Source: an uncultured Verrucomicrobiae bacterium (GTDB lineage Bacteria > Verrucomicrobiota > Verrucomicrobiia > Limisphaerales > Palsa-1400). Taken from it: a stretch of DNA of 64,000 nucleotides. Both the position numbers and the translations under genes were made by a program. The notes under the pieces were generated by a model. That model ran no database searches, had not been told where the DNA came from, and saw nothing but the letters and a program-made list of their open reading frames with translations. Below, one piece after another: positions 9,807 through 18,836 of this stretch. The stretch is taken from NCBI GenBank assembly GCA_963707025.1, contig CAVPOM010000018.1, forward strand, positions 224,001 through 288,000, read 5' to 3'. How positions within the stretch are numbered: position 1 is the stretch's first letter; every line of letters begins with the position of its first letter.

Positions 9807-9815
9807 ATTCCACGC

Positions 9816-10823
9816 TCACGGCACGGGCAGTTCGTTGAAGATTTTGGTGATGATGGTTTCGCTGGTTTTTTCCTCGGCCTCGGCTTCGTAGGTCACGGTG
9901 ACGCGGTGGCGCAGGACATCCATGCCGATGCTCTTGACATCCTGGGGGGTGACGTAGCCGCGCCCCCGCAAAAAGGCGAAGGCCTTGGCGGCCAGGGTAA
10001 GGGCGATGGTGGCGCGGGGCGAGGCCCCAAGCTGGATCAGGCCCTGGAGTCCCTGGATTTTATAGGCGGCCGGATCGCGGGTGCAGCAAACCATGTCCAC
10101 AATGTAATCCTTGACCTTGTCATCAATATAAATGTCGTTGATGACCTGGCGGGCCTCCAGGATTTGCCGGGCGCTGACCACCGGGCTGGCGGCGGGGATG
10201 GCGCCGGTGCGGGCCATTAAATCCAGGATCTGGCGCTCCTCCTCGCGCGAGGGATAGACAATTTTCAGCTTCAACATGAAGCGGTCCACCTGGGCCTCCG
10301 GCAGCGGATAGGTGCCTTCCTGTTCGATGGGATTTTGCGTGGCCAGCACCAGGAACGGTTCTTCCAGCTTGAAGGACTGGTCTCCAATGGTGACCTGTTT
10401 TTCCTGCATCGCTTCCAGGAGCGCGCTTTGCACCTTGGCCGGGGCGCGGTTGATTTCGTCGGCCAGGACCAGATTGGCGAAAATCGGCCCGCGCCGGGTG
10501 GTGAAGGCGCCGGTCTGCGGATTGTAAATCTGCGTGCCGATCAAGTCGGCCGGGAGCAGGTCGGGGGTGAATTGCAGGCGGGAAAACTTGACATTCAGGC
10601 ACGCCGACAAGACCTTGACGGACAAGGTTTTAGCCAGACCCGGCACGCCTTCCAGCAGGACGTGACCGTTGGCCAGCAAACCAATGGCCAACCGTTCCAC
10701 CAGGTAATTCTGGCCGACGACGACCTTGGCAATTTCACTAAAGAGGGGCCGGACAAAGGCGCTGGCCCGTTGCACCTCATCGTTGATGGCACTGATTCCG
10801 GTATTCATAATTACAAACAGCAA
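9816..10823 (-). CDS. moxR: MoxR-family AAA+ ATPase
   Basis: HVLLEGVPGLAKT, QFTPDLLPAD, LADEINRAPAKVQSALLEAM, ATQNPIEQEGTYPLPEAQVDRF. Start may be the internal ATG (MNTG). Confidence 0.96.
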   Translation of the reverse strand: MLFVIMNTGISAINDEVQRASAFVRPLFSEIAKVVVGQNYLVERLAIGLLANGHVLLEGVPGLAKTLSVKVLSACLNVKFSRLQFTPDLLPADLIGTQIYNPQTGAFTTRRGPIFANLVLADEINRAPAKVQSALLEAMQEKQVTIGDQSFKLEEPFLVLATQNPIEQEGTYPLPEAQVDRFMLKLKIVYPSREEERQILDLMARTGAIPAASPVVSARQILEARQVINDIYIDDKVKDYIVDMVCCTRDPAAYKIQGLQGLIQLGASPRATIALTLAAKAFAFLRGRGYVTPQDVKSIGMDVLRHRVTVTYEAEAEEKTSETIITKIFNELPVP

Positions 10824-10921
10824 ATAATAATGCCTAAAAGACAGCCGGATTTCAAACTTTGTTCAGAAAAAATCCATTGGGAAAAGCCCCGGCAACACGC
10901 CCAAAGGACCTGCGGCGGAGA

Positions 10922-12427
10922 TTATCCGGCAGAGGCGGCCAGTTCCTCCTCAAAATCCACAATCTCTTTTATTTGCACCAGGAACCAGCGGTCAATTTTG
11001 GTGAGTTGGAAGATTTCCTCGACGGTGAAGCCGGCGCGCAAGGCGTGACGGATGAAGAAAATGCGCTCGGCGTTGGGCGAACTGAGTTTCTGGCTGATGA
11101 TTTCCCGCGGCAAAATATCGCGGTCCTGATAGATGGTGGCGCCGAGGCGCCAGGGCCTGCCGTCGCCGCCCAAACCGGCGCGGCCGATTTCCAGCGAGCG
11201 GAGGGCCTTTTGCAGCGATTCCTTGAAGGTGCGCCCGATGGCCATGGCTTCGCCGACCGATTTCATCTGGGTGTGCAGGGTGGGATCGGCCTGCGGAAAT
11301 TTCTCGAAGGCAAAGCGCGGCACCTTGGTCACCACATAATCAATGGTCGGCTCAAAACTGGCCGGGGTCAGGCGGGTGATGTCGTTGCGGATTTCGTCCA
11401 GCAAATAACCGACCGCCAGCTTGGCGGCGATCTTGGCGATGGGAAAACCGGTGGCCTTGGAGGCCAGCGCCGAGGAGCGCGAGACCCGCGGGTTCATTTC
11501 AATGATGACCATGCGCCCGTTGTCCGGGTTGACGCCAAATTGGATGTTGGAGCCGCCCGTCTCCACCCCCACCGCGCGAATCACGGCGAAACTGGCGTCG
11601 CGCATGAGTTGATATTCCTTGTCGGTCAAGGTCTGAATGGGGGCGACGGTGATGGAGTCGCCGGTATGCACACCCATGGGATCGAAGTTTTCAATGGAGC
11701 ATATAATGACGCAGTTGTCGGCCTTGTCGCGCATGACTTCCATTTCAAATTCCTTCCAGCCGAGCAAGGATTCTTCGATGAGAATTTCCGAGACGGGGGA
11801 CAGCTCCAGCCCGCGCCGGGCCATGATGTCAAATTCCTCGCGATTGTAGGCAATGCCGCCGCCGGTGCCGCCCAGGGTATAGGCCGGGCGAATGATGAGC
11901 GGGAAAGGCCCGACGCGCTCGGCCACGGCGCGCGATTCCTCCAAATTATGGGCCGTGCCGCTGATGGGGACATCCAGCCCGATGGAGAGCATGAGGTCCT
12001 TGAAAATCTGCCGGTCTTCGCCCCGCTCGATGGCGGCGGCGTTGGCGCCGATCATTTCCACGCCGTATTTTTCCAGGGTGCCGCTCCGGGCCAGGGCCAT
12101 GGCCGTGTTGAGGGCGGTTTGTCCGCCCAGGGTTGGCAGCAGGGCCAGTTTGCCCGTAGCGCCCGTCCGCCGCATTTCCTCCGCTTCGCGCGCGATGATT
12201 TTCTCCACCGCCTCCGGGGTGATGGGTTCGAGGTAGGTGCGGTCGGCGAATTCCGGGTCGGTCATGATGGTGGCGGGATTGGAATTGACCAGGACAATGC
12301 GATAGCCCTCCTCGCGCAAAGCCTTGCAGGCCTGCGTTCCCGAGTAATCGAATTCGCAGGCCTGGCCGATGATGATCGGCCCGGCGCCGATAATCAGCAC
12401 CGAGTGAATGTCTGGGCGCCTGGGCAT
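10922..12427 (-). CDS. carB: Carbamoyl-phosphate synthase large subunit, N-terminal half only (501 aa)
   Basis: [76 protein letters not shown]; stops shortly after [10 protein letters not shown]. Confidence 0.92.
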   Translation of the reverse strand: MPRRPDIHSVLIIGAGPIIIGQACEFDYSGTQACKALREEGYRIVLVNSNPATIMTDPEFADRTYLEPITPEAVEKIIAREAEEMRRTGATGKLALLPTLGGQTALNTAMALARSGTLEKYGVEMIGANAAAIERGEDRQIFKDLMLSIGLDVPISGTAHNLEESRAVAERVGPFPLIIRPAYTLGGTGGGIAYNREEFDIMARRGLELSPVSEILIEESLLGWKEFEMEVMRDKADNCVIICSIENFDPMGVHTGDSITVAPIQTLTDKEYQLMRDASFAVIRAVGVETGGSNIQFGVNPDNGRMVIIEMNPRVSRSSALASKATGFPIAKIAAKLAVGYLLDEIRNDITRLTPASFEPTIDYVVTKVPRFAFEKFPQADPTLHTQMKSVGEAMAIGRTFKESLQKALRSLEIGRAGLGGDGRPWRLGATIYQDRDILPREIISQKLSSPNAERIFFIRHALRAGFTVEEIFQLTKIDRWFLVQIKEIVDFEEELAASAG

Positions 12428-12507
12428 AAAGCGGGCGAAACTTTAAGGCATTTGCCCGCGGTTGCCAGCGTTTTTCTGCAAAGCTGCCACCGGCCATGCC
12501 CGCTGCC

Positions 12508-13440
12508 TCACCCGGCCAGCCCCCGCACCGTGGCTTCCAAACTGGCGGCGTCGGCGATGTTGAAACTCTGAGCCCGCGGGTCAATTCGTTTCAAGAAACC
12601 GCTCAAGGTCGTGCCCGGTCCCAGTTCGATGAAGCGCGTGAACCCCTCCTCCAGCAAATAGCGCATGGAATCCTCCCAGCGCACTTCCGAGGTCACTTGC
12701 TCGACCAGGCGGGCGGCGATGGCGTCGGGGCTGGTATGCGGCCGCGCCGTGACATTGGAAATGACCGCCGCCGCCGGGAAATTTATGGAGACAGCCGCGA
12801 GCATGGCCGCCACCTTGGGCCGCGCGCCCGCCATGAGGCGGGAGTGATAGGCCCCCGCCACCGGGAGGGGGACCGCCCGTTTGGCGCCTTTGCTTTTGGC
12901 CAGTTGGCAGGCCCGCGCGATTTTTTCCGTCTCGCCCGAAATGACGATTTGCCCCGGGCAATTCAAATTGGCCACCTCAACGTCCGCCTCGGCGCAAACG
13001 GCGCGGGTGGCGTCCAGATCCAGCCCCAGCACCGCGGCCATGCCGCCGCGGGTCAGATCGCACGCTTCCTGCATGAAACGGCCCCGTTGCCGCGCGAGCT
13101 TGAGGCCGTCGCCAAACTCAAAAACTCCCGCCGCCGTCAGGGCGGTCATTTCCCCCAGCGACAAGCCCGCCGCCGCCTGAAAGGAGAATCCCGGCACGCT
13201 TTCCTTTAACAATTGCAGCGCCAGCCAGCTCACCAGAAAAATGGCGGGCTGGGCGTTTTCCGTTTTTGTCAATTCCTCTTCCGGCCCGTGGGAGCAGAGG
13301 GCGGGGAGATCAAAGCCGAGGAGGGCGCGGCCTTGCTCCAGCCAGGGCCGGGTGGAGGGGAACCCTTCGGCCAAATCGCGGCCCATGCCGGGGTATTGGG
13401 CGCCCTGGCCGGCGAACAACAGTGCGGTTTTAGGCATCAC
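12508..13440 (-). CDS. fabD: Malonyl-CoA:ACP transacylase
   Basis: FAGQGAQYPGMG, AQPAIF, GLSLGE, ANLNCPGQIVISG, LPVAGAYHS, ELGPG. Confidence 0.96.
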   Translation of the reverse strand: MMPKTALLFAGQGAQYPGMGRDLAEGFPSTRPWLEQGRALLGFDLPALCSHGPEEELTKTENAQPAIFLVSWLALQLLKESVPGFSFQAAAGLSLGEMTALTAAGVFEFGDGLKLARQRGRFMQEACDLTRGGMAAVLGLDLDATRAVCAEADVEVANLNCPGQIVISGETEKIARACQLAKSKGAKRAVPLPVAGAYHSRLMAGARPKVAAMLAAVSINFPAAAVISNVTARPHTSPDAIAARLVEQVTSEVRWEDSMRYLLEEGFTRFIELGPGTTLSGFLKRIDPRAQSFNIADAASLEATVRGLAG

Positions 13441-14195
13441 GTCCCCTCACTAAACCACGAACCGCCCGCCGGGGAAAACAGATTTTTGGCCGGCGGCGGC
13501 GCGCCCGGTTGCAGCCGGGCCAGAAATTCTGAAATCGCGCGGACCGAAGCTTCTGGGTGAACCTGGAGAATGAGATGCGGCGACGCAATCCTTTCGAGGT
13601 GAGTCTCTGGAAACCGCCGTTGGACGATTTTAAAATCGCGCGGCTTGACCAAACGGTCTTGTCCCGCCTGCAAATAGAGCAACGGGAAATTCAACGCCGC
13701 CGGCACGAAATCCTCATCGAATTCCAGCAGAACAGAAAACCGGTGCGCCAACACGCGGGGGGAAACCCCGCCAAGCGCATGATAAAACAAAGCAACAACT
13801 TCCTCGGCCGCATCTCCCAATAAAAACCGGCGAACCAGCCAGCGGGGCAGCCGCGTCCTGGTCAGAGCGGTTCCGCAAAATCTTAAGACCGCGATCAAAA
13901 TTCGAGGCGGGGGACATTGCGCGAAGGAGGCGCACAAGACTACCGCTTTGGGAGGCATGACATGGCGCGAAGCTGCCTTCAGCGCGATGGGGCCGGAAAA
14001 AGATTCGGCGACCAAAACGTAAGGTTCACTTTGCGGAAGATGGGCGAGCACAAGCCCGGCCAATTCATCGGCGGAACAGCTCCGGTCAGCCGGGTAAGCC
14101 ACCACCCCCGGCTCAATCTCCGGCGGCAGCACACGAAGCAACGGTGCAAACAAAATCCCTGTTCCATCAAATCCCGGCAGAAAAATCCATTTCAT
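13437..14195 (-). CDS. Alpha/beta hydrolase
   Basis: MKWIFLPGFDGTG, VAESFSG nucleophile elbow, DRLV, SPHLILQ. Confidence 0.85.
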   Translation of the reverse strand: MKWIFLPGFDGTGILFAPLLRVLPPEIEPGVVAYPADRSCSADELAGLVLAHLPQSEPYVLVAESFSGPIALKAASRHVMPPKAVVLCASFAQCPPPRILIAVLRFCGTALTRTRLPRWLVRRFLLGDAAEEVVALFYHALGGVSPRVLAHRFSVLLEFDEDFVPAALNFPLLYLQAGQDRLVKPRDFKIVQRRFPETHLERIASPHLILQVHPEASVRAISEFLARLQPGAPPPAKNLFSPAGGSWFSEGT

Positions 14196-14230
14196 CTCGT
14201 GGAAGACCGCGATTGACAGGCTGATCTTCA

Positions 14231-14260
14231 ATCCGTAATGCGCAATCCGCAATCCGCAAT
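14231..14260. repeat. Heptamer tandem repeat (CGCAATC)n
   Basis: atccgtaatgcgcaatccgcaatccgcaat; the same unit occurs reverse-complemented at 7965-7985. Confidence 0.8.
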
Positions 14261-14266
14261 GTCACA

Positions 14267-15673
14267 TCACGCTGCTCCCTTGCAGCCAAACAATTTCCGC
14301 TCGCGGATGATTTTGGCGACTTGGGGCGGCACGGCGGCTTCCCAAGCCGGGTCGCCCGCGCGAATTTTGGCGAGGATTTCCCGCGAAAAAATGGGGAGCG
14401 ATTTTTCGTCGTAGTCGCGCAGGCCTTCGATGAACCGGTTCTCCATGAGGTAGGCGTGGAGATGGCGCAAATTGGGGGCCACGCGCAAATTGCCCGCGGT
14501 GATGAGGGCGCCCGTTTTGGCCTCGAGCAACGGATAAACATAGAGCTTCAAATCGTTGCGGAACAGGCGCCCAAAGGATTCCAACAGGCCGCCCTCGAGG
14601 TCGGCGTAGTACTTTTCGTCAAAAACTTCCTTCAAAGTCGGCACCCCCATGGCCACGCCGATCATCTTTTTGGTGTAGCGGAAGAAGTAGGCGGCCAGGC
14701 GGTGGTACTCCGCAAAATCGGAAATGAGAACCGTTTTGCCCAGGGCGCCCAGAATATCCACGCGATCCAGAAAATCGCGCGGATCAATTTTGTCCCCGTC
14801 CGTCAGGTTTTTCAGGGTCATTTCCATCAGCGTGAGCACGTCTTCGCCCTGCACCATTGGTTCCTGCACAAAGAGCGCCTGGGCGCAGCGCAACATGTCC
14901 AGGGTGACATTGGTGACGGGGCGGAAACTGCCGCGCTCGACCAGGATGCACTTTTTGTAAAAGGCGTCGGCGGGTTGGACGACCTGGCCGTCGGCGGTGA
15001 ACAAGACGGCGTTGGTCAGGCCGCTCTGCACCAGTTGCAGGGCCATGAGGCGGTTGTCCAAATGGGCGAAGGCCGGCCCGGTGAGCTGGATCATGTCCAC
15101 CTCGACCCTGGCGGCGCCCACATTGTCCACCAGCGAGACGATCATGGTGTTGGGATCGGCGTGCAGGTACATGGCGCCGTGAACAAGGTTGACCCCAACA
15201 ATGCCGAGGGCCTCCTGTTCGGCCAGATTTTCTTTGTCCCACAAGCGGACGTGGGCGATGATTTGCGAAGGTTCCTCTCCCGGCTCCTTTTGAAAGCGGA
15301 TGCCCAGCCAGCCGTGGGCGTCGTCATGGCGCGAATAACTGCGCGCCGTGACCGTGTCGGCGAAGACGAAAAAGCGGGTGTTGGCGCCGCGTTTTTGCGC
15401 CAGCCGCTCCACCAGCAGGCCGTATTCACGCTGCAGCATGGTCTCCAGCCGCTGGCGGCTGACATAACGCTCGGCCTGGCCGTAGATGGCGTCGCTGATG
15501 GTCATGTCGTAGGCGGAAATGGTTTTGGCAATGGTCCCGGCCGCGCCGCCGACGCGGAAGAACCATCGCGCCACCTCCTGGCCGGCGCCGATCTCGGCGA
15601 AGGTGCCGTACTTGGCCGGGTCGAGGTTGACCTGGAGGGCCTTTTGGTGCGTGCTTATTATTTCTCGTTCCAT
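14267..15673 (-). CDS. Conserved hypothetical protein with a C-terminal nucleotidyltransferase (NadD-like) region
   Basis: N-terminal YGTFAEIGAGQEVARWFF; GSFRPVT and a NadD-like tail SREILAKIRAGD..VPPQVAKIIRERKLF. Confidence 0.7.
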   Translation of the reverse strand: MEREIISTHQKALQVNLDPAKYGTFAEIGAGQEVARWFFRVGGAAGTIAKTISAYDMTISDAIYGQAERYVSRQRLETMLQREYGLLVERLAQKRGANTRFFVFADTVTARSYSRHDDAHGWLGIRFQKEPGEEPSQIIAHVRLWDKENLAEQEALGIVGVNLVHGAMYLHADPNTMIVSLVDNVGAARVEVDMIQLTGPAFAHLDNRLMALQLVQSGLTNAVLFTADGQVVQPADAFYKKCILVERGSFRPVTNVTLDMLRCAQALFVQEPMVQGEDVLTLMEMTLKNLTDGDKIDPRDFLDRVDILGALGKTVLISDFAEYHRLAAYFFRYTKKMIGVAMGVPTLKEVFDEKYYADLEGGLLESFGRLFRNDLKLYVYPLLEAKTGALITAGNLRVAPNLRHLHAYLMENRFIEGLRDYDEKSLPIFSREILAKIRAGDPAWEAAVPPQVAKIIRERKLFGCKGAA

Positions 15674-15818
15674 GTCTGCACGAAATCAGGGTTTATCATC
15701 ACTGCTCAATGCACTGCTGACCATTGTTTAATCACGGCTTGCCTTGGTGGAAAGTTTAATGTGGCGCGAACTCACGGCCGGCGCGGCAAAAATCAGGACG
15801 GGGTTGGATTGGCAAAGA

Positions 15819-15858
15819 ATGGGACGGATGGGACGGATGGGACGGATGGGACGCATGG
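15819..15858. repeat. Nonamer tandem repeat (ATGGGACGG)x4
   Basis: Directly visible in the intergenic region. Confidence 0.9.
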
Positions 15859-15876
15859 CGGGAAGTGTTTTTAGCC

Positions 15877-17031
15877 TCACCGCCGGAAGGGCGGTGGCGG
15901 GATTTTGAGGACCAATTTGCGCGCTTCTTCGGCGGTGGTGACATCCTTGTCCAAGGGCAGCAGCAGCCATTTTTCCGGGAAGATGAAGCTGGCCCCGGGG
16001 GCCAGGGTGGCTTCGGGGCTGAGCGGATCCAGCTCCGTCACCCGGCGGTCGAAATAGACTTCCACCGAGTTGCCGCCGCCGCCGTAGTCCCCCCCCGGCG
16101 AAAATAAATAGTACTTGACAAAGAGGAGCCGCCCCCGCGCGTAGGCGATCCATTGGCCGTCGCTGTCCGCGCCCAGGCGGGTGGCGTCCCCGCCCGTTTC
16201 CGCCACCAGCACCCCGCCCAGCAGGCTGACGGCGGAGGAGCCGGGGTGGTCGCCATCATAGTATTTTTGCCCGCCGGCTTCCCGGATGCGGGCCCAGCCG
16301 GCTTTGAACCGGCTTTTTTTATTGAGCGGGAAAAGGACAAAACCGCCGCCCTTGCAAAACGTCCGGTCGGCCAGGCCATACTTGACAGGATTGTCGGAGA
16401 TGTTGCGCAGGCATTGCACCAAGCCCAGTTCGCCGGTGTCGCCCGCCAGCACAAAATCCTTGTCCAGCGCCACGCCCAGGGTCGCGTCCGGGCGGCTGAA
16501 AACCCGGGCGGAGAAATTGGCGTCGGCCTGCCAGCGTTGCGGCCCTTCGGACAGTTGCCAGTGGTCGGGCAGGACGCGGGCGCCCGCGGTGGCATCACAT
16601 TGGTAGCCGCCGAGAAAAAGGTCCTCGTTTTTCAAGCCCAGCGTGGCGCCCTGGCTGGCGGAATTCTCCAGCAAAATGTTCGCGCCGTTCCAACTGTAGT
16701 GCATGATCCGCCCGCCGACCGCCGGGACGACGACGGCCTGGACGGGTTTTTCGCTGGCGTTGAGAAACAGGCAGTTGGCCCATCCGGTGTAATCCCGCAA
16801 CTCCACGCCGGCCGGCAACTCATGCTGGGTCTGGCCGCGGCCGGCCACAAGGCCAAGCCACAGGGCCAGAACATAAAAAACACGTTGATTAGGCTTGATT
16901 AGGCTTGATTGATGTTGATTGGAAAAGCCCTTTCTTGCGCGTAAGTAGTTCATGGATAGTAACTTCCATTGATTTGCCGCAAAAAGGCGCAAAAGGCGCA
17001 GAAACAGCCACTTTTTCGGAGCTGGGAACAC
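15877..17031 (-). CDS. Putative secreted protein, possibly galactose-mutarotase-like; start uncertain
   Basis: VVPAVGGRIMHYS..ENIL-like pattern, SVEVY, TELDPLSP..LAPGASF..EKW. The first ~50 codons look repeat-derived. Confidence 0.6.
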   Translation of the reverse strand: MFPAPKKWLFLRLLRLFAANQWKLLSMNYLRARKGFSNQHQSSLIKPNQRVFYVLALWLGLVAGRGQTQHELPAGVELRDYTGWANCLFLNASEKPVQAVVVPAVGGRIMHYSWNGANILLENSASQGATLGLKNEDLFLGGYQCDATAGARVLPDHWQLSEGPQRWQADANFSARVFSRPDATLGVALDKDFVLAGDTGELGLVQCLRNISDNPVKYGLADRTFCKGGGFVLFPLNKKSRFKAGWARIREAGGQKYYDGDHPGSSAVSLLGGVLVAETGGDATRLGADSDGQWIAYARGRLLFVKYYLFSPGGDYGGGGNSVEVYFDRRVTELDPLSPEATLAPGASFIFPEKWLLLPLDKDVTTAEEARKLVLKIPPPPFRR

Positions 17032-17230
17032 TTAAAGACTGTCATCGCGGGGGCGAATCCGCGCGCAAAGGCAAACGAGTTCAGCGCAGCCAAGCGGAAC
17101 CAAAGGAATTGAGCACCGGATTTCACGGATTTCATGGATAAAAAGGACTCTTCAACGCCAAGACGCCAAGACGCCAAGACGCCAAGGCGGAAAAAGCTCT
17201 TTGTGCCTTCGCGTCTTGGCGGCTTTGCGT
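16885..17230. repeat. Mosaic of short tandem arrays
   Basis: (TTGATTAGGC)x2+ at 16885, AAAAGGCGC x2 near 16982, CGGATTTCA x2 at 17117, (ACGCCAAG)x4 at 17155-17186 with an inverted partner at 17207-17230. Confidence 0.85.
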
Positions 17231-17637
17231 TAAAAATCCCACTGCCATTCGCGGTAAAATCTTTGCGGAAAGGAGTGATGGCAGCGGAGGGAAGATCATC
17301 CTTGTTGAAATTCCCGCTCCGGGATGCCGCCGCGCGCTCCAAGACCGCGCCTGCGCCGGGAGCCTCCTCCCGGATGCGGCCTTGGACTGTGCCTCCGTGT
17401 CTCACGCTGAGTATTCAACCATAGGTTCTAATTTTTGTCAAGCTCCTGTTGGAAAGTGGATTTTGTCATGGGAACCTCGTTCGAACCAGACTGACAAGGC
17501 AAAATCATTGAGGGCAAAATCATGCGGAAATCCGAATGAACTTGGGGTAACCCTTTCGCTGACACTTTCACCTTTCAGATATTAATCTCTCCCCTCCCCG
17601 GCTTGCATTAGAGCGCCCCGTCGCGTACAATGGCAAC

Positions 17638-17859
17638 GTGACATCAGCGGAAATCATTGAGGAGATCAAACGCCTGCCTCGAGCGGAACAGAACCGAGTC
17701 ATTGATTTTGTCCGAAAAGCCGGGGAAGTCCGCCGTCTCCCCCCCGACGAGTTGGGAGAACTGGCGAGGAAAATGGCCGAGGCGAAAGATTCCGGCGAAG
17801 CCGACCGTTTGCAGACAGAGATTGTGCGTGGATTCTACGGCGGGCGAGCCGATGCCTAG
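17638..17859 (+). CDS. Small antitoxin-like protein
   Basis: MTSAEIIEEIKRLP resembles the N-termini of the antitoxins at 8036 and 8828; preceded by TTGCAT-17 nt-TACAAT-6 nt-GTG. Confidence 0.7.
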   Translation: MTSAEIIEEIKRLPRAEQNRVIDFVRKAGEVRRLPPDELGELARKMAEAKDSGEADRLQTEIVRGFYGGRADA

Positions 17860-17868
17860 AATTCGTCG

Positions 17869-18264
17869 CTAGAAACCGCCGAAGAGCGGTGATTTATACT
17901 TGGCCTGTATAATCTTCGGCGGCTTGTTGCGGGCGAGCCATATAAACACTTGATTTGTGGTCACGGCTAGTGTGCCCTCGTCTCCGAACTGGCCGCCGCC
18001 GATTTCAGGGTAGCACTTGTACTGAGTGCCAGCAATTGTAACGACGTTGGTGGATAGCCAGAACCGGTCGGCTGAACTGGAGACGTTCGTGACGTATCCA
18101 TACTTCGCGAAATCCTCGGCGGCGATCTTTAGCATGTATCTGTGCTCCTTCATGCAGGCGTCTCGTTCCGACTGTCCTGAAAGGACAAGCAGTGCGCCTA
18201 AGCAGAAGAACAGGATCAGGACAATTGCTATGATCCGGTTTCTCATGGGCATCGGACTTACCAT
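17869..18264 (-). CDS. Hypothetical membrane-anchored protein
   Basis: N-terminal TM segment RIIAIVLILFFCLGALLVL; lower GC than the flanks. Confidence 0.6.
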   Translation of the reverse strand: MVSPMPMRNRIIAIVLILFFCLGALLVLSGQSERDACMKEHRYMLKIAAEDFAKYGYVTNVSSSADRFWLSTNVVTIAGTQYKCYPEIGGGQFGDEGTLAVTTNQVFIWLARNKPPKIIQAKYKSPLFGGF

Positions 18265-18429
18265 GCCTGCGGTGATTTGAAAACGGAAAACCGCTTACGA
18301 AAGGCGAAGCCCTGCCCTGGTGGAGATGGCGGTGGATTCCAAGATGCGAAGGGCAAACCGGGGGCGAACTGGAATCTAGCGACCTCCCGACCAGGCAATC
18401 ATCGGGGCGGAGCGTTCGCGTGTTGGCAT

Positions 18430-18501
18430 CCCACCTTCGCGGGGCCTTCTGCCTTCGCAGGGCCTACGGCGGACAAGACGGCGGACAAGACGGTGGAAAG
18501 G
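18430..18501. repeat. Nested 30-nt hairpin mini-elements
   Basis: cccaccttcgcggggcct|tctgccttcgcagggcct|acggcggacaag|acggcggacaag|acggtggaaagg. Confidence 0.75.
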
Positions 18502-18625
18502 CGACACGGGAACGAGCCGCGGGGATAAGCCGGACTTTCTCGGGAATACGGAAACGGCGGGAACACCTTGATTTTGAGCAGCAAGAGCGGTTGCATTCAG
18601 GCTCGTTTGGTGTTTATTTACGGTC

Positions 18626-18835
18626 ATGACCGAAAGCGTCGTCGTCCAGGACCCTGAAATTCTCAGTGGCACGCCGGTATTTGCGGGTACTCGCGTGCCG
18701 GTGCGCAACCTGCTTGATTACCTGGAGGGCGGTTACACGCTCGACGAGTTTCTGGATGACTTTCCCGGAGTAACCAAAGCCCAGGTGGTTGCGTTTCTGG
18801 AGCAGGCCAGCGCCAAACTCCTTGTGACGGCTTGA
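18626..18835 (+). CDS. DUF433 antitoxin
   Basis: DPEILSGTPVFAGTRVPVRNLLDYLEGG..EFLDDFP. Confidence 0.92.
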   Translation: MTESVVVQDPEILSGTPVFAGTRVPVRNLLDYLEGGYTLDEFLDDFPGVTKAQVVAFLEQASAKLLVTA

Positions 18836-18836
18836 A

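Noticed and set aside
7953..9815. Classical integron or prophage explanation for the TA array
   Set aside because: No tyrosine or serine recombinase is present, I found no attC-type GTTRRRY/RYYYAAC palindromes, and there are no phage genes nearby.
15819..17230. Possible CRISPR array
   Set aside because: The repeats are short tandem units without unique spacers, and there are no cas genes in the window.
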